This document shows positions 25,238 to 33,856 of a DNA stretch of 44,307 nucleotides, in pieces. Below the pieces are notes generated by a model that had not been told where the DNA came from, did not search any database, and worked only from the letters and a program-made list of their open reading frames with translations. The translations under genes were made by a program, and so were the position numbers. Source of the stretch: an uncultured bacterium (GTDB lineage Bacteria; Fidelibacterota; Fidelibacteria; Fidelibacterales; Fidelibacteraceae); the NCBI GenBank assembly GCA_964452375.1, contig CAYVLJ010000001.1, positions 2,703 to 47,009 of the forward strand, in the 5' to 3' direction. Positions within the stretch are counted from its first letter, which is position 1. Each line of letters starts with the position of its first letter.

Positions 25238-25684
25238 TTAATCGTATGATTTTCTTATTTCAAGAGTATCATTCAATGACTTCAGCATACTTTGCCAAAT
25301 ATCGCTTTTCCAGGTACCGAGATCTTTGTGCACGGTATAATATTTTTCCGGAATGGGGTGTGTGCCGATCACAACAGGAATATTAAAACGTGTTTCTATG
25401 TAGCGTTTAAAATGGTCGATCCTGGGGCATGGGGGATATCCGACAACCAATCCTGTTGCAAAATGAATGACTTCCGCTCCATTCTTGATCATTTCTTCAG
25501 GAGCATATTCCACATTACCCCCGGGACATCCTCCGCATGAAGTATATCCAATGATCTCAATATCCTCATCTTGGCTATAGCGCTTAAAAGCACCTTCGCG
25601 TTCTCTTATAGCACGAAAACACTTCCCACCGGCACAATGATGATAACGATGGCAAATGATAATACCAATTTTTGTCTTTTTCAT
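25238..25684 (-). CDS. CGGC-domain protein (Cys/His-rich, putative metal binding)
   Basis: CHRYHHCAGGKC and CGGCPG motifs. ATG at 25684 lies 1 nt after the upstream stop; the listed longer ORF overlaps the upstream gene. Confidence 0.75.
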   Translation of the reverse strand: MKKTKIGIIICHRYHHCAGGKCFRAIREREGAFKRYSQDEDIEIIGYTSCGGCPGGNVEYAPEEMIKNGAEVIHFATGLVVGYPPCPRIDHFKRYIETRFNIPVVIGTHPIPEKYYTVHKDLGTWKSDIWQSMLKSLNDTLEIRKSYD

Positions 25685-25685
25685 T

Positions 25686-26552
25686 TTATTGTCTCTGTTT
25701 TGTTTTTTCTGCTGAGAACATGACAATATCATCCTCGTTTACACCGATATCCCGGGCGATCACCGGACATTTCGCCTTCAACAGAAAAAAGACGGGCCGT
25801 TCCGTTTCCGATAAGCCTTCATAATTTCCTTGTCCCTTGCTGATGATCATATCGGCTTTGTTAAAACGCTCCAAGAATTCATCATTGCACAATTTGAGTA
25901 TCGTTGCCGGTGCAGGAGAACCGGATGAAACGATCTCCGCCACTTCGTCAAGCCCTGAATCTATGGCATCCTGATATGTGACATCATTGATAATGGGTTT
26001 TCCGCGGACAACATAGGTAACAGGTTTTTCAAGGGTTTCGATCAAGATCTTGTCAAAAACGGATTCGCCGGCATTGTCGCCGAGATACAAAATATGATCT
26101 GCCTTGGATAAGCGTTCCCTGAATAACTTAATATCGTTTAAAGCAAAATCCTGTTGCAATATTTTTTCAAGATCATTCTCTATATGAAAATGTTTATCCA
26201 TCCCCAAGTCCATCACATTCCCGGCGATCGCGATCCGGATCGCCATAAGCAAGGGATCCGCAGCATTTTTTAAGCGATCTTTTAAGAAAGGATAGAGACG
26301 TTTAGCCTCATTAATATGTTCATTTTTTTCTTTTTCAAAAGGGTCGTCGATACCGGTGATCCTGTGGATCTCATCATAGATGATCACCCCCATCTCCGGG
26401 GGCGTGTCACCGAGCGAAATATCCTTGATACGACATCCGATGCGGTCCATCAGTGCTTTGATCTCGGCATCGTCATCGCTTGCCATTCGTCCGGCCCTCA
26501 GGGCTTGTTTCACGAAACAGGGAATACAGTCGAGGTAGGTTTTCATTTTCAT
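25686..26552 (-). CDS. DUF89 / ARMT1-like damage-control phosphatase family protein
   Basis: The N-terminal LDCIPCFVKQAL and the overall length fit the DUF89 family. The start is ambiguous: TTG at 26570, ATG at 26552 or ATG at 26546. Confidence 0.7.
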   Translation of the reverse strand: MKMKTYLDCIPCFVKQALRAGRMASDDDAEIKALMDRIGCRIKDISLGDTPPEMGVIIYDEIHRITGIDDPFEKEKNEHINEAKRLYPFLKDRLKNAADPLLMAIRIAIAGNVMDLGMDKHFHIENDLEKILQQDFALNDIKLFRERLSKADHILYLGDNAGESVFDKILIETLEKPVTYVVRGKPIINDVTYQDAIDSGLDEVAEIVSSGSPAPATILKLCNDEFLERFNKADMIISKGQGNYEGLSETERPVFFLLKAKCPVIARDIGVNEDDIVMFSAEKTKQRQ

Positions 26553-26590
26553 ACAAGAGACAATAGACAAATTCCAAGATACGGTTAAAA

Positions 26591-27298
26591 TCAGCTTTTA
26601 GAATTTGGATATTGGGATTTGTTTACTGTTTCTTTTCCTTGGTTATTGGTTATTGGAATTTCTATAATTTTTCCCGCTCCTCCGGGTATATATTTTTGAG
26701 AGTAGCGTTTTTTGATCTCTTCGATGTGGCGCGTGCAATGTGTAGGACAAACAAAATCGATGTCATTCAGGATATCAAACTCCCTGAATCCGTGAAACCC
26801 GCCCAATATCATATGGATCTTGCCGTGTACTTTTGCCGCCTCAAGGATTATGCCAAGTCCGGGATGGGAACATCCTGCGATCACGACAGCACCTGCAGGG
26901 GTATCGATGACAAGGGACTGTTCGATATTTTCCAGTTCTCCGGTTGAATAAATACCGTCGGTCAGAGAGATAGCATCTTCGACATGCGTAATGCTTTTTG
27001 CACGCCGCACACCTCTCAACGATACGGGAACGTAAACATCCACATCGGGATTAATATGAAGGAACGAGGCCAATCCTCCGGTATGATCAAAATGGTGATG
27101 AGATATGAAAACCTTATCGATCTTCAGAGGGTCAAGATGCATTTTTTTCATATTTTCAAGTAAAATATGTCCGTCGGATCCTGTATCGAATAAGATATTC
27201 ATATCCTCAGTTTCGATATAAGCGGCAAAACCCCAATCGGCTTCCAGGTCCTTTCTGATTGTGGTGTTATCGTAAACGATAGATATTTTAAGCATCAT
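26591..27298 (-). CDS. small MBL-fold metallo-hydrolase
   Basis: HHHFDHTGG (HxHxDH) motif plus downstream His/Cys ligands. The N-terminal LKISIVYDN...GFAAYIE pattern matches stand-alone MBL proteins of anaerobes. Confidence 0.8.
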   Translation of the reverse strand: MMLKISIVYDNTTIRKDLEADWGFAAYIETEDMNILFDTGSDGHILLENMKKMHLDPLKIDKVFISHHHFDHTGGLASFLHINPDVDVYVPVSLRGVRRAKSITHVEDAISLTDGIYSTGELENIEQSLVIDTPAGAVVIAGCSHPGLGIILEAAKVHGKIHMILGGFHGFREFDILNDIDFVCPTHCTRHIEEIKKRYSQKYIPGGAGKIIEIPITNNQGKETVNKSQYPNSKS

Positions 27299-27323
27299 TT
27301 TATTCTTGGTTATTTGAGTTTGG

Positions 27324-27845
27324 TTATTGTTTCTTTTTTATTCTTGGTATCCACATGGGAACTTCTTTCATATATTTCAGGTAATCGTCTCCGAAATGAT
27401 CAAGCAAAAGCTTTTCTTCATACCTGCAAATGGAGTATAGAAAAATAATAATGATAATAAAAAATATCGCTGCAGCTATCGAAATGTTCAGACACAAAAG
27501 TCCGAAATACATTAGGATCTCCGAAACATACATGGGATGTCTAATTTTTCCATAAATGTCTTTTTTGACAATTTCGGGATTATCTCGTTTTTCACCAAAA
27601 ATGATCGACATACTTTTTTTTACAAGATATACTGACACAATTAATGATAAAACTGCAAGGGGCAAACGTACATATAATGGCACAATATCATTTAAGAAAG
27701 TCGTTTTACGGAAGACGAAACTGTCACCGACCCAGATAAGAGTAAATATAATGAAAGAAATCAGCTGTCCCATATCACCGAAACGATGTTCGCCGATAAG
27801 GTCCGGGCGATCATGATGTTCTTTTGTCTTCATGTTTAACCTCAT
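27324..27845 (-). CDS. isoprenylcysteine carboxyl methyltransferase (ICMT)/phospholipid methyltransferase-family membrane protein
   Basis: About 4 TM segments, an RHPMYVSE motif and a C-terminal EE..L segment. Confidence 0.7.
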   Translation of the reverse strand: MRLNMKTKEHHDRPDLIGEHRFGDMGQLISFIIFTLIWVGDSFVFRKTTFLNDIVPLYVRLPLAVLSLIVSVYLVKKSMSIIFGEKRDNPEIVKKDIYGKIRHPMYVSEILMYFGLLCLNISIAAAIFFIIIIIFLYSICRYEEKLLLDHFGDDYLKYMKEVPMWIPRIKKKQ

Positions 27846-27878
27846 GTTTCACTGCAGTGACATGTATTCAAATATATT

Positions 27879-28868
27879 TCATTGCTTACATATTCTATCC
27901 ATGACATCTGACGTTCTGGCGGCGGTCTCCCCCGTGCTGGGACATGAACCTTCTCCACGTAATTCAGATATGATAGTTCGGATCAGCGGCATTTGTATAT
28001 GCTCCGGCAGAACATATTCTTCCGATATCTGTCCCAATTCCGCAGATACACCTTCAATGCGCCCATGAGCGAAGGTTGAAAATTTGATCTGTCCCTTGTC
28101 TCCCCTGATGATGATCTCATCTTTTACATCCGGTTCGGCGCAAGCAAAATCCCAAGTGCCGTATCCCTTGACACCATGTTGGAAGACCAGTTCCGCTTTA
28201 ACGTGATCTGCCGGTTTGTAAAGTCCGGCTCGATTTTGTGTTGCACTCTTAAGATCTATGACCGGACCAAAAAAATGATCCATCAGATCCAACTGATGAG
28301 AAGCCAGATCATGAAAATGACCGCCGCCGGAGATCTCCGGCTGAACGCGCCAATTTTTCTCGGGATGGGTCATGTCTTCGGGTCGGGGACTGCGGTTAAA
28401 ATTGATCTCAAAAGACGTGATGGTTCCCAAATATGATTTTGACAGCATTTCTTTGATCCTGACGAAATGAGGAAGAGCTCTGCGATAATAGGCAACAAAG
28501 AGTGGCACATTCGCTTTTAAGCATGCCGATATCATTGTTCTGCATTCATGATGATCCCTGGCCATAGGTTTTTCAACATATACTGCTTTTCCGGAATGTG
28601 CCGCTTTGATAGCGTAATATGCATGTGCGTCCGGGGGTGTTGATACATAAACGGCGTTAATATCCGGATCGTGAAAGATATCATTGTCATCGGTCGTCCA
28701 ATCGGGAATGCCATGCCTTGAAGCATAAGACATACATGCTTCTTTATTCCGCCTCATAACTGTTTTTACGCGGGAATGAGGAAGCTTATACATGGCCGGG
28801 ACGCTTTTCTTTTCACAAACGTTCCCGCCTCCGATCACACCCCAAACGATCTCTTTAAGCTTTTCCAT
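27879..28868 (-). CDS. Gfo/Idh/MocA-family NAD(P)-dependent oxidoreductase
   Basis: N-terminal Rossmann motif VWGVIGGGNV, an EKP motif (VYVEKPMA), and a C-terminal alpha/beta domain. Confidence 0.85.
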   Translation of the reverse strand: MEKLKEIVWGVIGGGNVCEKKSVPAMYKLPHSRVKTVMRRNKEACMSYASRHGIPDWTTDDNDIFHDPDINAVYVSTPPDAHAYYAIKAAHSGKAVYVEKPMARDHHECRTMISACLKANVPLFVAYYRRALPHFVRIKEMLSKSYLGTITSFEINFNRSPRPEDMTHPEKNWRVQPEISGGGHFHDLASHQLDLMDHFFGPVIDLKSATQNRAGLYKPADHVKAELVFQHGVKGYGTWDFACAEPDVKDEIIIRGDKGQIKFSTFAHGRIEGVSAELGQISEEYVLPEHIQMPLIRTIISELRGEGSCPSTGETAARTSDVMDRICKQ

Positions 28869-28881
28869 TTCTTACAGGTTG

Positions 28882-29163
28882 TTATTTGTCTTCTATTTCA
28901 AGAACGATACCGCCGAAACGTGCGGCAGCTTTGTTGTATATCCAATACATCAAACGAGAAAAAATGTAGACCAGGATGAAATTCCATAAAGGCATCAGTA
29001 AATAGATCACACCTATTGATTTTAAGTAGTTCGACCCCTGACCAATACCGAACAGGATTATCACCAGGCCGACCAAAATAAATATCAATGAAAACAATGC
29101 CGATACGATCGCAATAATTTTTGCGCTTTGTTTTGAATCCACAGAGGTAATTTCTTTTTTCAA
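28882..29163 (-). CDS. small membrane protein, unknown function
   Basis: A 93-aa ORF with two clear hydrophobic helices. It sits between the histidine kinase and oxidoreductase genes with short gaps. Confidence 0.5.
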   Translation of the reverse strand: MKKEITSVDSKQSAKIIAIVSALFSLIFILVGLVIILFGIGQGSNYLKSIGVIYLLMPLWNFILVYIFSRLMYWIYNKAAARFGGIVLEIEDK

Positions 29164-29181
29164 ACGGAGCCCTCCTTTTTA

Positions 29182-31296
29182 TTATTTTTTCATAACTTGC
29201 CGGATCTCTTGATATAATATATCCGGCTCAATCGGTTTAGACACGTACCCCAGACAACCGGCGCTTAAACAACGGTTCTTTTCATTTTCCATGGCATAGG
29301 CCGTTTGCGCGATGATTTTGCAAGGGTAATTGTTTTCTTGAATTTTCTGCAAACAGGCATATCCGTCTTTTTTGGGCATGTTGATATCAAGAAGCACCAG
29401 ATCCGGCATTTTTTCGCTTATCATCGACAACAATACTTCGCCATCGATAGCATGAGCAACATCAGCACCGGTTTCATTCAGAAATTCTTTTAATAAATAA
29501 TATGACGTGATGTCGTCATCCGCGATAAGAATATAGTTGCCCTTTAAATTGGGAATATTTGTGATTTCATCCTTTTTGTCCGGCAGCGGTTCAAAAGCTC
29601 TCTCCAGATCCAGAGTAAAGAAAAAATCAGATCCTTTGCCTTCTTCCGACTCAAATCCGATCGTGCCCCCCATCAATTCAACGATCCCTTTTGCAATACT
29701 GAGACCAAGCCCCGCTCCTTCACGATACGTGTTTTCTTCAACTTGTCTGAAACGTTCAAAAATGATATCTTTTTTATCATTCGGGATGCCGATACCGGTA
29801 TCTTTGACGTGTGTTTCAACATGAACCATATTTTGGTTTATTGTGGGTATGCAGCTAAGTGTGATGTTCCCTGTATCCGTATATTTTATGGCATTGTTCA
29901 ATAAATTGTCAATTACCTGCCTTATTCTATATGGGTCGGCCATGATACGGATTTCTTTGCAGCTTCTTGGAAAATCAAGTTCTAATTTAACGCCTTTTTT
30001 TTCCTTCAACTGATAGTTGTTTTTAAAAACCTCTATACTTTGAGCAAAGATCTCTTGAAGATTACAATTTTTTAAATTGACATTCAACTGTTTGGCTTCC
30101 AGCTTAGATATATCCACAATATCATTGATAATATGCATTAATTGATTTCCCGCTGTGCGAATCATGTTGATATAATGACTTCTTTTTTCCTGCGGTGTAT
30201 TTTTATTATCCAGAAGATCTGAAAAGCCCAGAATGGCATTCATGGGTGTGCGGATCTCATGACTCATATTGGCAAGGAATACAGTTTTCAGCTTATCGCT
30301 GTTTACCGCTTTTTCCTTTGCCAGAACAAGTTGGCGTGATGTCTCTCTCAATGAAGTCACATCCGACAAAAAGCTTAAACTTGCCGGGACGCCGTTCCAT
30401 TCGAAGTAAACGGAATTGATTTCTATCCATTTTACCTCACCGGTATTCGACACGATCCTGAAAGAATAAAATTTCGGCACATCATGCTTTTGGATACGCT
30501 CCTTGTGCCTTTGCATGACAAATTCACGATCATCCGGATGAATGAAATCGGTAAATGGCCTTGACCTAATTTCTTCATAACTTCTTCCAAGAATATCACT
30601 CAAGCGTTCGTTGGCAAAGGTAATAAAACCTTCTTGCGCTACCAGGATAGCTTCTCCGGCATTTTCAAATAATTTTCTATAACGATTCTCTTCTTCTTCA
30701 ATATTTTTTTGCTGTTGCCAGAAAGACCATCTTTTGATCATTAACAATCCCAGCAACATTGTGCCGGGAGTATATAGAAGCAGAAGCGGAAGCGCTATCA
30801 TTCTCATTGTTTCAAAGATACTGTCACGTGGAAGGAAAAAAGTACAAAGCATCATGGTGAAGTGAACGATCAGTCCCATGAACAGAATATTGAATTGAGG
30901 CTGCCGGATCTTTTTAGGCGGAAAAAATTGCCCCCAGACAATACCTATAAAACCGGAGCTCAAAATAACCGCTACGCCCATCCACATGCCACCGCCACCA
31001 AGATAGATCCTATATGCGGCAGCTACCAGCATGGCAATAAATGTCGGAATATAACCGAAGAATAAACCGGTTATCGATAAAAGAACGGAACGGCTGTCAA
31101 ACTGTATTCCCGGTGAAAGAGTCCAAGGGATCATCATCAGAAATATAGCAATAAAACCGATCGTAAAACCGGCCAAAATCTTACCGGATATTTTCAGACT
31201 ATCTTCATTCTTAGCCCAAAAATAATCGTAGATCATAGTGAATGCGAGCATAACCGCGATATTCTCGATCAAGCCAATAAATATTGAATTTTCCAT
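29182..31296 (-). CDS. hybrid sensor histidine kinase (5TM LytS-type sensor, PAS, HisKA, HATPase, receiver)
   Basis: Multi-TM N-terminus, a PAS segment, H-box SHEIRTPMNAILGF, N/G boxes (LLNNAIKYT, DTGIGI, GAGLGLSI), and a C-terminal receiver (ADDD...LLDINMP...K). Confidence 0.9.
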   Translation of the reverse strand: MENSIFIGLIENIAVMLAFTMIYDYFWAKNEDSLKISGKILAGFTIGFIAIFLMMIPWTLSPGIQFDSRSVLLSITGLFFGYIPTFIAMLVAAAYRIYLGGGGMWMGVAVILSSGFIGIVWGQFFPPKKIRQPQFNILFMGLIVHFTMMLCTFFLPRDSIFETMRMIALPLLLLYTPGTMLLGLLMIKRWSFWQQQKNIEEEENRYRKLFENAGEAILVAQEGFITFANERLSDILGRSYEEIRSRPFTDFIHPDDREFVMQRHKERIQKHDVPKFYSFRIVSNTGEVKWIEINSVYFEWNGVPASLSFLSDVTSLRETSRQLVLAKEKAVNSDKLKTVFLANMSHEIRTPMNAILGFSDLLDNKNTPQEKRSHYINMIRTAGNQLMHIINDIVDISKLEAKQLNVNLKNCNLQEIFAQSIEVFKNNYQLKEKKGVKLELDFPRSCKEIRIMADPYRIRQVIDNLLNNAIKYTDTGNITLSCIPTINQNMVHVETHVKDTGIGIPNDKKDIIFERFRQVEENTYREGAGLGLSIAKGIVELMGGTIGFESEEGKGSDFFFTLDLERAFEPLPDKKDEITNIPNLKGNYILIADDDITSYYLLKEFLNETGADVAHAIDGEVLLSMISEKMPDLVLLDINMPKKDGYACLQKIQENNYPCKIIAQTAYAMENEKNRCLSAGCLGYVSKPIEPDILYQEIRQVMKK

Positions 31297-31498
31297 TTAA
31301 TAATATCCTTACCCCTGTTTTTAATTTTATTAAGATTTATTTTCATTTCAAAGGATTATATCCCAAGTAAAGAAATAGCATGATATGTTTTGTATTTTTT
31401 GAATACTTTCTATTTTAAAATCTCATATTCGATCTTTATTTCGTCTTGCAACTAAGGTGATTTTCTCGTAAACTCTTTCACTTAATTCGAGGAAGGAA

Positions 31499-33031
31499 AT
31501 GAAAGTTATTTTTACAAGCGATTGGGGTCTGTTTTTTCTTTTTACCGTCAGTATCATTGTTATTTTAGGGTTGGCGGATCTATTGTTGAAAAAACTCAAT
31601 GTTCATTCTCATACTACCCGGCGGCTTGTTCATATTCTTGTTGGATGTCTTGTATGTGTAGCCCCTTTTATTTTCGAAACTCAGTTGCCTGTCTTGCTTG
31701 TTGCTTTTATCTTTGCTCTGCTGAATTTTGTTGCGATTAAGAAAAATCTCATAAAAAGTATCCATGAAACTGACCGTATCTCATACGGAACGGTATATTT
31801 CCCCATATCTTTTTTCATCCTTGTTTGTTGGTTCTGGTATCATGACCTGGCTATTCTGATGACATCAATGTTGATCATGGCCTTGGGTGATCCCGTTGCC
31901 AGCTGGGTCGGCGAATCCAGGAAAAAGCCGCTCACTTTCAAGATCCTGACCGAAAAAAAATCCCTGCAGGGTTCAACGGCGATGTTCATTGTTTCTTTTA
32001 TCGTAGCTGTTTTGAGCATGAAGATCTTTCGGGAAGTCTTTTTCTCACCTATCTCCTGGCTGACGGCATTGATCTTTGGATTTTTTACCGCCATTTTTGC
32101 AACCGGCGCGGAAACCATCTCCCACAAAGGAACCGACAACTTGATGGTTCCCATCGGCGCTGGTGTGATCCTCGATGCTCTATATAACGGAACTCCTGAA
32201 TTACAGCTTCATCTGATGATCTGGATGGCTATTACGATCGTAATTGCCTATTTGGCTTATTTAACAAAATCTTTGAGTTTATCGGGCGCAATGGGCGCTT
32301 GGCTGCTTGGAACTGTTATTTTTGGTTTGGGCGGAACCGAATGGATGATCCCTGTTGTGGTCTTTTTTCTTTTTTCTTCAATTTTGACCAAACTGGGGAA
32401 AAAACATAAGAAAAAACTGGAAACCGTATTCGAGAAAACGGGTAAACGAGATATATTTCAGGTATTTGCAAACGGCGGAATTGCTATGATCGCAACCATG
32501 TGCTGGCATTTTCTTGCAGCAGTATGGCCAAATCTGGAATTATTCTGGTATTTGATATTCCTTGGCGCCATCGCTGCGGCCACGGCAGATACATGGGGTA
32601 CGGAAATAGGTGCCTTCAGCACACACCAACCCAGAAGTATTTTAAATTTCAAGCGCGTTCCGCAAGGTACTTCGGGCGGACTGACAATTATTGGAACAAG
32701 CGGGGCATTGTTCGGCGCTTTTCTAATTGCCGTAACAGGGAAATATGCTCTTTATTATTTTGTAAACATAGAAATGTCCTGGCTTGCTGTGATCCTGATA
32801 AGTATTGCCGGATTGGCCGGCGCAATGATAGACTCTTTGTTGGGAGCTACCGTCCAGGCCCAATATAAATGTCCGACCTGTAACAAAATTACTGAAAGGG
32901 TTCATCATTGCGATAATGAGAATATTCCTTTGGTCAGCGGCAATAAAAAGATCAATAACGATATGGTCAATTTTTCCAATACTTTGGCCGGCGGTTTACT
33001 TGGCGCATTGATTTACTTATTATTATATTAA
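31499..33031 (+). CDS. fusion membrane protein: phytol/dolichol-kinase-like (CTP-transferase family) N-half + DUF92/TMEM19 (VTE6-like) C-half
   Basis: N-half motifs: TRRLVHILVG, SYGTVYFP, ALGDPVASWVGESRKK...KKSLQGSTAMF. C-half motifs: GAMGAWLLGTVIFGLGG, ATADTWGTEIG, VPQGTSGGLTIIGTSGALFGA. A CPTCN...HHC knuckle lies near the end. Confidence 0.7.
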   Translation: MKVIFTSDWGLFFLFTVSIIVILGLADLLLKKLNVHSHTTRRLVHILVGCLVCVAPFIFETQLPVLLVAFIFALLNFVAIKKNLIKSIHETDRISYGTVYFPISFFILVCWFWYHDLAILMTSMLIMALGDPVASWVGESRKKPLTFKILTEKKSLQGSTAMFIVSFIVAVLSMKIFREVFFSPISWLTALIFGFFTAIFATGAETISHKGTDNLMVPIGAGVILDALYNGTPELQLHLMIWMAITIVIAYLAYLTKSLSLSGAMGAWLLGTVIFGLGGTEWMIPVVVFFLFSSILTKLGKKHKKKLETVFEKTGKRDIFQVFANGGIAMIATMCWHFLAAVWPNLELFWYLIFLGAIAAATADTWGTEIGAFSTHQPRSILNFKRVPQGTSGGLTIIGTSGALFGAFLIAVTGKYALYYFVNIEMSWLAVILISIAGLAGAMIDSLLGATVQAQYKCPTCNKITERVHHCDNENIPLVSGNKKINNDMVNFSNTLAGGLLGALIYLLLY

Positions 33032-33043
33032 AAAGAGGCAAAC

Positions 33044-33856
33044 ATGAAAAAGATCATCAAAACCCCTTTTGCAAATATGTATGAAGAGTCCCGCTTTGCA
33101 TCCCAACTCGTTACACAGGGAACCATGTGGGATATAGCCGAAGTGCTGGACAAGAACGGCGACTGGATCAAACTCAGGACGCCCGATGGCTATGAGGCGT
33201 GGTCGCAAAATTTTTCTACTCTTGATCTAAACGAAGATATGGAAAAAATGATCGCTTCGTTGCCACGTTTAATGATCCATACCCCTTTTCTGCCCATTTA
33301 CGACAAGCCGGAAATGGGAGCTCCGCGAAAAGCGGTTGCCGCAATTGGGGCCGCCTTTCCCTATCTGAAAAAAAACGGGCATATTTACGAAGTCCTGATG
33401 CCGGATGGTTCAACCGGATATCTTGAACAAAAACCACTTGATGTCAGCGATCCGCGAGATATTATTCTTTGTGTTGCTGGCAAGCTGCTTGGCTGTTCCT
33501 ATTTCTGGGGGGGAAAGACAGAGAACGGTTGCGATTGTTCCGGACTCACGCAAATGTGTTTTAATGTTGCTGGACTAAGTTTACCTCGTGATGCCTCCCA
33601 GCAGATCAAGATATTGAAAGATCATCCGGTAAATAAAAATGCGGCAAAACCCGGCGATCTTGCTTTTTTTCAAAATGATAATGGCAATATAACACACGTT
33701 GCAATTATGCGCCGCACACCCGAGTTCATTCACTCCTCAGGAGAAGTTAAGCTTAACAGTTTTGATAAAGATGAGCCTCATTATTCGGAAAAACTCGATA
33801 AGATGCTCGAGGGCATCTATTCGATCGATACATTAATTGGAAAGGATAAGTCATGA
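33044..33856 (+). CDS. NlpC/P60 (C40) cell-wall peptidase with N-terminal SH3-like domains
   Basis: Catalytic Cys in CDCSGLTQMCF, His in THVAIM. The upstream SH3b-like segment includes GDWIKLRTPDGYEAW. Confidence 0.85.
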   Translation: MKKIIKTPFANMYEESRFASQLVTQGTMWDIAEVLDKNGDWIKLRTPDGYEAWSQNFSTLDLNEDMEKMIASLPRLMIHTPFLPIYDKPEMGAPRKAVAAIGAAFPYLKKNGHIYEVLMPDGSTGYLEQKPLDVSDPRDIILCVAGKLLGCSYFWGGKTENGCDCSGLTQMCFNVAGLSLPRDASQQIKILKDHPVNKNAAKPGDLAFFQNDNGNITHVAIMRRTPEFIHSSGEVKLNSFDKDEPHYSEKLDKMLEGIYSIDTLIGKDKS

